Positions 23,736-27,335 of a DNA stretch of 27,335 nt are shown one piece after another. Made by a program: the position numbers and the translations under genes. The number at the start of each line of letters is the position of its first letter. Within the stretch, counting starts at the first letter, position 1. Location of the stretch: positions 1-27,335 of IMG/VR virus record IMGVR_UViG_3300012933_000246; one strand, written 5' to 3'. The notes beneath the pieces are model-generated. The model saw nothing but the letters and a program-made list of their open reading frames with translations. It was not told the origin of the DNA and made no database searches. Origin of the DNA: a virus. Its lineage: Duplodnaviria; Caudoviricetes.

Positions 23736-25201
23736 TCGACCTAACTCGCATTGACACCTCGCTGCTAGACGACGATGAGAAGCGCGAGCTTTACGAACTG
23801 CTGAGACTTAAAGACATACGAGCCAAGCGCAATCGCTTGGCCACGTATGCGCCTTACGCCAAGCAGCGCGACTTCCACGAAGCAGGCGCCTCGTTCCGTG
23901 AACGATTGTTCATGGCGGGCAACCAGCTTGGCAAGACTTGGGCTGGTGCGTTCGAGATGGCTATGCACCTGACAGGCAAGTACCCATCGTGGTGGACCGG
24001 CAAGCGGTTCCCTTATGCGATTCGTGCTATGTGTGGTTCCGAGTCGGGCGAATTGACCAAGAAGGGTATTCAGCGCTTGATGCTTGGCCCGCCTGAGATC
24101 CGCGAAGAGTGGGGCACTGGAGCGATCCCGTTTGCCAGCTTGCGCGACACGTCGATGAAGCAAGGCGTGCCCGATGCTGTGAGTTCGGTTGTTGTTCGTC
24201 ATGAGTGTGGCGAGGACAGCGTGCTTCAGTTCAACAGCTACGACCAAGGCCGCACGAAGTGGCAGGCCGACACTGTGGACATCGTGTGGTTCGACGAAGA
24301 GCCACCGCTGCCAATTTATTCTGAAGGCTTGACGCGTACCAACGCGACAGGCGGTCAAGTGTTCGTGACGTTCACGCCATTGCTCGGCATGTCCGAGGTG
24401 GTCAAGCGTTACCTGCTGGAGAAGCCAGCGGGCACGAACGTGACCAACATGACGATCAGCGATGCTGAGCACTACACCAAAGAGCAGGCCGATGCGATCA
24501 TCGCCAGCTACCCTGAGCATGAGCGCGAAGCTCGCGCCAAGGGCATCCCGATCTTGGGATCTGGTCGAGTGTTCCCAGTTGCTGAGGACGCGATCAAGTG
24601 TCGCGCCTTCCCCATCCCGCCGCACTGGCCGCGCATATCGGCGATTGACTTTGGTGTCGATCACCCAACAGCCGTGGTGTGGATGGCTTGGGACCGTGAC
24701 ACCGACACGCTCTATGTGACTGACTGCTACCGTCGCAGTGAACCCGGCATCGCTGGGCACGCGATGGCTGTCAGGGCACGAGGCGAGTGGGTGCCGATCG
24801 CATGGCCGCATGACGGCTTGCAACGCGACAAGGGTGGCAGCGGCGAACAGCTGGCCAAGCAGTACAAGGATCAGGGCCTCAACATGTTGAAGGACCGAGT
24901 CACGTTTGAAGACGGCAGCAATGGCGTCGAAGCTGGCTTGTCCGAGATGTTGACCCGCATGCAAAGCATGCGCCTGCGAGTGTTCGCGCACTTGGAAGAC
25001 TGGTTCGAGGAATTCAGGCTGTACCACCGCAAGGACGGTATGGTCGTAAAGGTGAACGACGACTTGATGTCGGCAACGCGCTACGCCATGATGGGCCGGC
25101 GCTTTGCCAAGACACAGGAAGAAGCCGAAGGCAGGTTGCGCAACTCGCGCATGGCCCCCGTAGTGCCCTTCGGCATGTTTGACGAAATAGCAGGATATTG
25201 A
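23732..25201 (+). CDS. terL: Terminase large subunit (P22/APSE-like)
   Basis: PYAKQ..FH, Walker A AGNQLGKT, Walker B WFDEEP, TFTPLLG, DFGVDHP, WPHDG, DDLMSATRYA. Confidence 0.96.
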   Translation: MIDLTRIDTSLLDDDEKRELYELLRLKDIRAKRNRLATYAPYAKQRDFHEAGASFRERLFMAGNQLGKTWAGAFEMAMHLTGKYPSWWTGKRFPYAIRAMCGSESGELTKKGIQRLMLGPPEIREEWGTGAIPFASLRDTSMKQGVPDAVSSVVVRHECGEDSVLQFNSYDQGRTKWQADTVDIVWFDEEPPLPIYSEGLTRTNATGGQVFVTFTPLLGMSEVVKRYLLEKPAGTNVTNMTISDAEHYTKEQADAIIASYPEHEREARAKGIPILGSGRVFPVAEDAIKCRAFPIPPHWPRISAIDFGVDHPTAVVWMAWDRDTDTLYVTDCYRRSEPGIAGHAMAVRARGEWVPIAWPHDGLQRDKGGSGEQLAKQYKDQGLNMLKDRVTFEDGSNGVEAGLSEMLTRMQSMRLRVFAHLEDWFEEFRLYHRKDGMVVKVNDDLMSATRYAMMGRRFAKTQEEAEGRLRNSRMAPVVPFGMFDEIAGY

Positions 25202-25209
25202 GGAACCAC

Positions 25210-27335
25210 ATGGAAATGCAACCACAACAGATCGACGTCGAGGTCGAGTACCAAGACCCTGAAGAACTCAAGCGCCAGCAAGAAGACAAGCTCCAATCCT
25301 TTGGTGCCGGCCTTGCCGCACAGCGCGATGAGTGGATTCGTGCTCGCAATTCCTATGGCGTCGACAAGCGTTGGATTCAGGACGAGGACCAGTACAACAA
25401 CAAGGACAACGTCAACAAGGCTACGAGCCAAATGATGGAGTCGGTCGAACAGGGCTATCCCGTCACGACCCACAACGCCAAGCCACACCGCTCGACGGTG
25501 TTCATTGGCATGACCCGCCAGAAAACCAATTCGGCCGAAGCCCGTCTCGCAGACATTTTGCTGCCGACCGACGACCGCAACTGGGGTATTCAGCCTACGC
25601 CTGACCCAGAGCTGATGGGCATGACCAAGAACCAAAATCCCGCGACGCACCCACAAACGGGCGAGCCGATCTTGAATGAGGGTGGCCAGCCTGTGAAGGT
25701 TCGTGACATTGCCCGTGCTGCACTGGAGGTCGCGGTCAAGAAGGCCGAGGCCATGCAGACCGAGATCGAAGATCAGCTCATCGAGTGCGACTACAACTCT
25801 GAGTTGCGCAAAGTGATTCACGACGCCGCCATGCTTGGCACTGGCGTGATCAAGGGCCCATTGGTCACCAGCCGCACACGCAAGGCTTGGCAGCCAATGA
25901 CCGATGCGACTGGCGCGACTGTGCACCAGATCGAGATCGTGCAAGAGCTCAGCCCCGCTTCTTTCCGTGTTGACCCCCGCAACGTGTGGGCCGACCCCGG
26001 TTGCGGCGAAAACATCCACAACGGCAAAGGCATCTACGAGCGCGAGCAGCTCACAGCCAAGCAGGTTCGTGACCTTGCCAAGCAACCCGGCTTCATGAAG
26101 GAGCAACTGCGCAAGGTGCTCGAAGAGGGTCCTAAGCAGTCGGTCACATTGCAAGAGCTGACCGATGAAGACCAACGCGACATGGCCCGCTTGACCTATG
26201 AGATGTGGACCTACTGGGGTGAAGTCGACCACGACGACCTCGAGTCCGCAGGTGTTGAGGCTGGCGAAAAGGACGAGCTGCGCACACTGAGCGCAGGCGT
26301 CATCATGATCAACAACACCGTGGTCAAGGCGTTCATGAACCCCTTGGAAGACGGCGCTTTGCCTTACGACTTCTACGTCTGGGAAAAGCTGTCTGGTTCG
26401 GTGTGGGGCTACGGCATCCCGTACTTGATGCGCGCCCAGCAACGCGTGTTGAACGCTGCATGGCGTCAAATGATGGACAACGCTGGCGTGTCCAGCGGTC
26501 CGCAGATCGTCATCAAGCCCGGCGCCATCCAGCCCGCAGACAAACGCTGGGAGCTCAGCTCTCGCAAGATCTGGTATGCGACCGACGACGTTGCCGATGT
26601 GCGCACAGCCTTCAGCACGTTCGAGTTCAACAGCCACCAAGCCGAGCTGGCAGGCATCATCAAGATGGCCACCGAGCTGGCCGACGCTGAGACCGGCGTG
26701 CCTACCATCATGCAGGGCGAGAAGGGCAACGCACCTGACACAGTCGGCGGCATGCAGATGCTGATGACCAGTGCGAACGTTGTGCTGCGCCGTCTGGTCA
26801 AGCAGTTCGACGACATGATCACCAAGCCACACATTCGTCGCTACTACGACTACAACATGTTGTACAACGAGGACGAAGAGATCAAGGGCGACTTCAGCAT
26901 CGACGCCCGTGGCTCGAGCGCGCTGATCGTGCGTGACATCCAGAACCAATCGTTCTTGAACCTGTTGGCCGCTGGCGCCAACCCAGTCTATGGCATGTAC
27001 CTCGACACGCAGAAGCTGTTCGAGAAAGCCTTGCAGGCCCAGCACATCGACCCAGCCGAGGTGTTCAAGTCCGAGGACGAGATCGAGCAGATCAAAGAGC
27101 AGCAGAAGAAGGCAGCGGCCGCAGGCCCAGCACCCGACCCAGCGATGGCTGTGGCGCAGGTGCGTGCACAGGCTGAGATGCAGAAGGTCCAAGCTCAAAA
27201 CCAAGGCGACCTGCAAGAGCTGCAAGTGCGTCAGCAAATCGCCCAACAGGACGCTGAGCTACGAGTCATGGAGCTGCAACTCAACAAAGAGATCGAGATG
27301 CTCAAGATGTCCAACAACCAAAACATCAGCCTCGA
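25210..27335 (+). CDS. Portal protein (3'-truncated; absent from the ORF track)
   Basis: GAGGA RBS, ATG 25210, frame runs off the window (over 700 codons); HDAAMLGTGVIKGP, WGYGIPYLMR..QRVLN..WR...DN, ETGVP...QG, Gln-rich coiled-coil tail; follows terL. Confidence 0.9.
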   Translation, partial: MEMQPQQIDVEVEYQDPEELKRQQEDKLQSFGAGLAAQRDEWIRARNSYGVDKRWIQDEDQYNNKDNVNKATSQMMESVEQGYPVTTHNAKPHRSTVFIGMTRQKTNSAEARLADILLPTDDRNWGIQPTPDPELMGMTKNQNPATHPQTGEPILNEGGQPVKVRDIARAALEVAVKKAEAMQTEIEDQLIECDYNSELRKVIHDAAMLGTGVIKGPLVTSRTRKAWQPMTDATGATVHQIEIVQELSPASFRVDPRNVWADPGCGENIHNGKGIYEREQLTAKQVRDLAKQPGFMKEQLRKVLEEGPKQSVTLQELTDEDQRDMARLTYEMWTYWGEVDHDDLESAGVEAGEKDELRTLSAGVIMINNTVVKAFMNPLEDGALPYDFYVWEKLSGSVWGYGIPYLMRAQQRVLNAAWRQMMDNAGVSSGPQIVIKPGAIQPADKRWELSSRKIWYATDDVADVRTAFSTFEFNSHQAELAGIIKMATELADAETGVPTIMQGEKGNAPDTVGGMQMLMTSANVVLRRLVKQFDDMITKPHIRRYYDYNMLYNEDEEIKGDFSIDARGSSALIVRDIQNQSFLNLLAAGANPVYGMYLDTQKLFEKALQAQHIDPAEVFKSEDEIEQIKEQQKKAAAAGPAPDPAMAVAQVRAQAEMQKVQAQNQGDLQELQVRQQIAQQDAELRVMELQLNKEIEMLKMSNNQNISL

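Noticed and set aside
23765-25225. 486-aa minus-strand ORF
   Set aside because: Shadow of terL.
25081-27246. 721-aa minus-strand ORF
   Set aside because: Antisense shadow of the portal gene caused by codon bias; no motifs or RBS.
1-27335. Diversity-generating retroelement, suggested by the BPP-1-like gene order
   Set aside because: No reverse transcriptase or TR/VR pair in this window; tail genes lie outside it.

Overview
About 27 kb of a tailed dsDNA phage genome, GC roughly 55-60% by eye. The gene set and order resemble APSE/BPP-1/Bcep22-like podophages of Proteobacteria (inference; no host evidence in the window). Left to right: (1) the 3' end of a giant internal-virion-type gene; (2) a leftward operon (11983->2746) with a DUF2800 nuclease, DUF2815 SSB, family-A DNA polymerase (Leu762 type), a dATP/dGTP diphosphohydrolase-like protein and many small coupled ORFs; (3) a divergent promoter pair with two 19-bp operator-like palindromes and a Cro-like gene; (4) a ~550-nt non-coding, highly structured modular RNA-like region; (5) a Prim-Pol/PriCT-2/VirE primase-helicase, an iteron-rich putative origin, stand-alone AP2, VRR-NUC, SNF2 helicase and a Q-like antiterminator; (6) a leftward early-type operon (22185->18175) with DUF932 and repeated intergenic hairpins; (7) a late promoter with a leader terminator, terminase and a truncated portal. 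No integrase, CI repressor, canonical tRNA or CRISPR array was seen. The most unusual signals are non-coding: the modular tRNA-like RNA array (12544-13080), the two-copy hairpin element bracketing DUF932, and a loop-E-type RNA after the SSB gene. All family calls come from motif recognition, not database searches.
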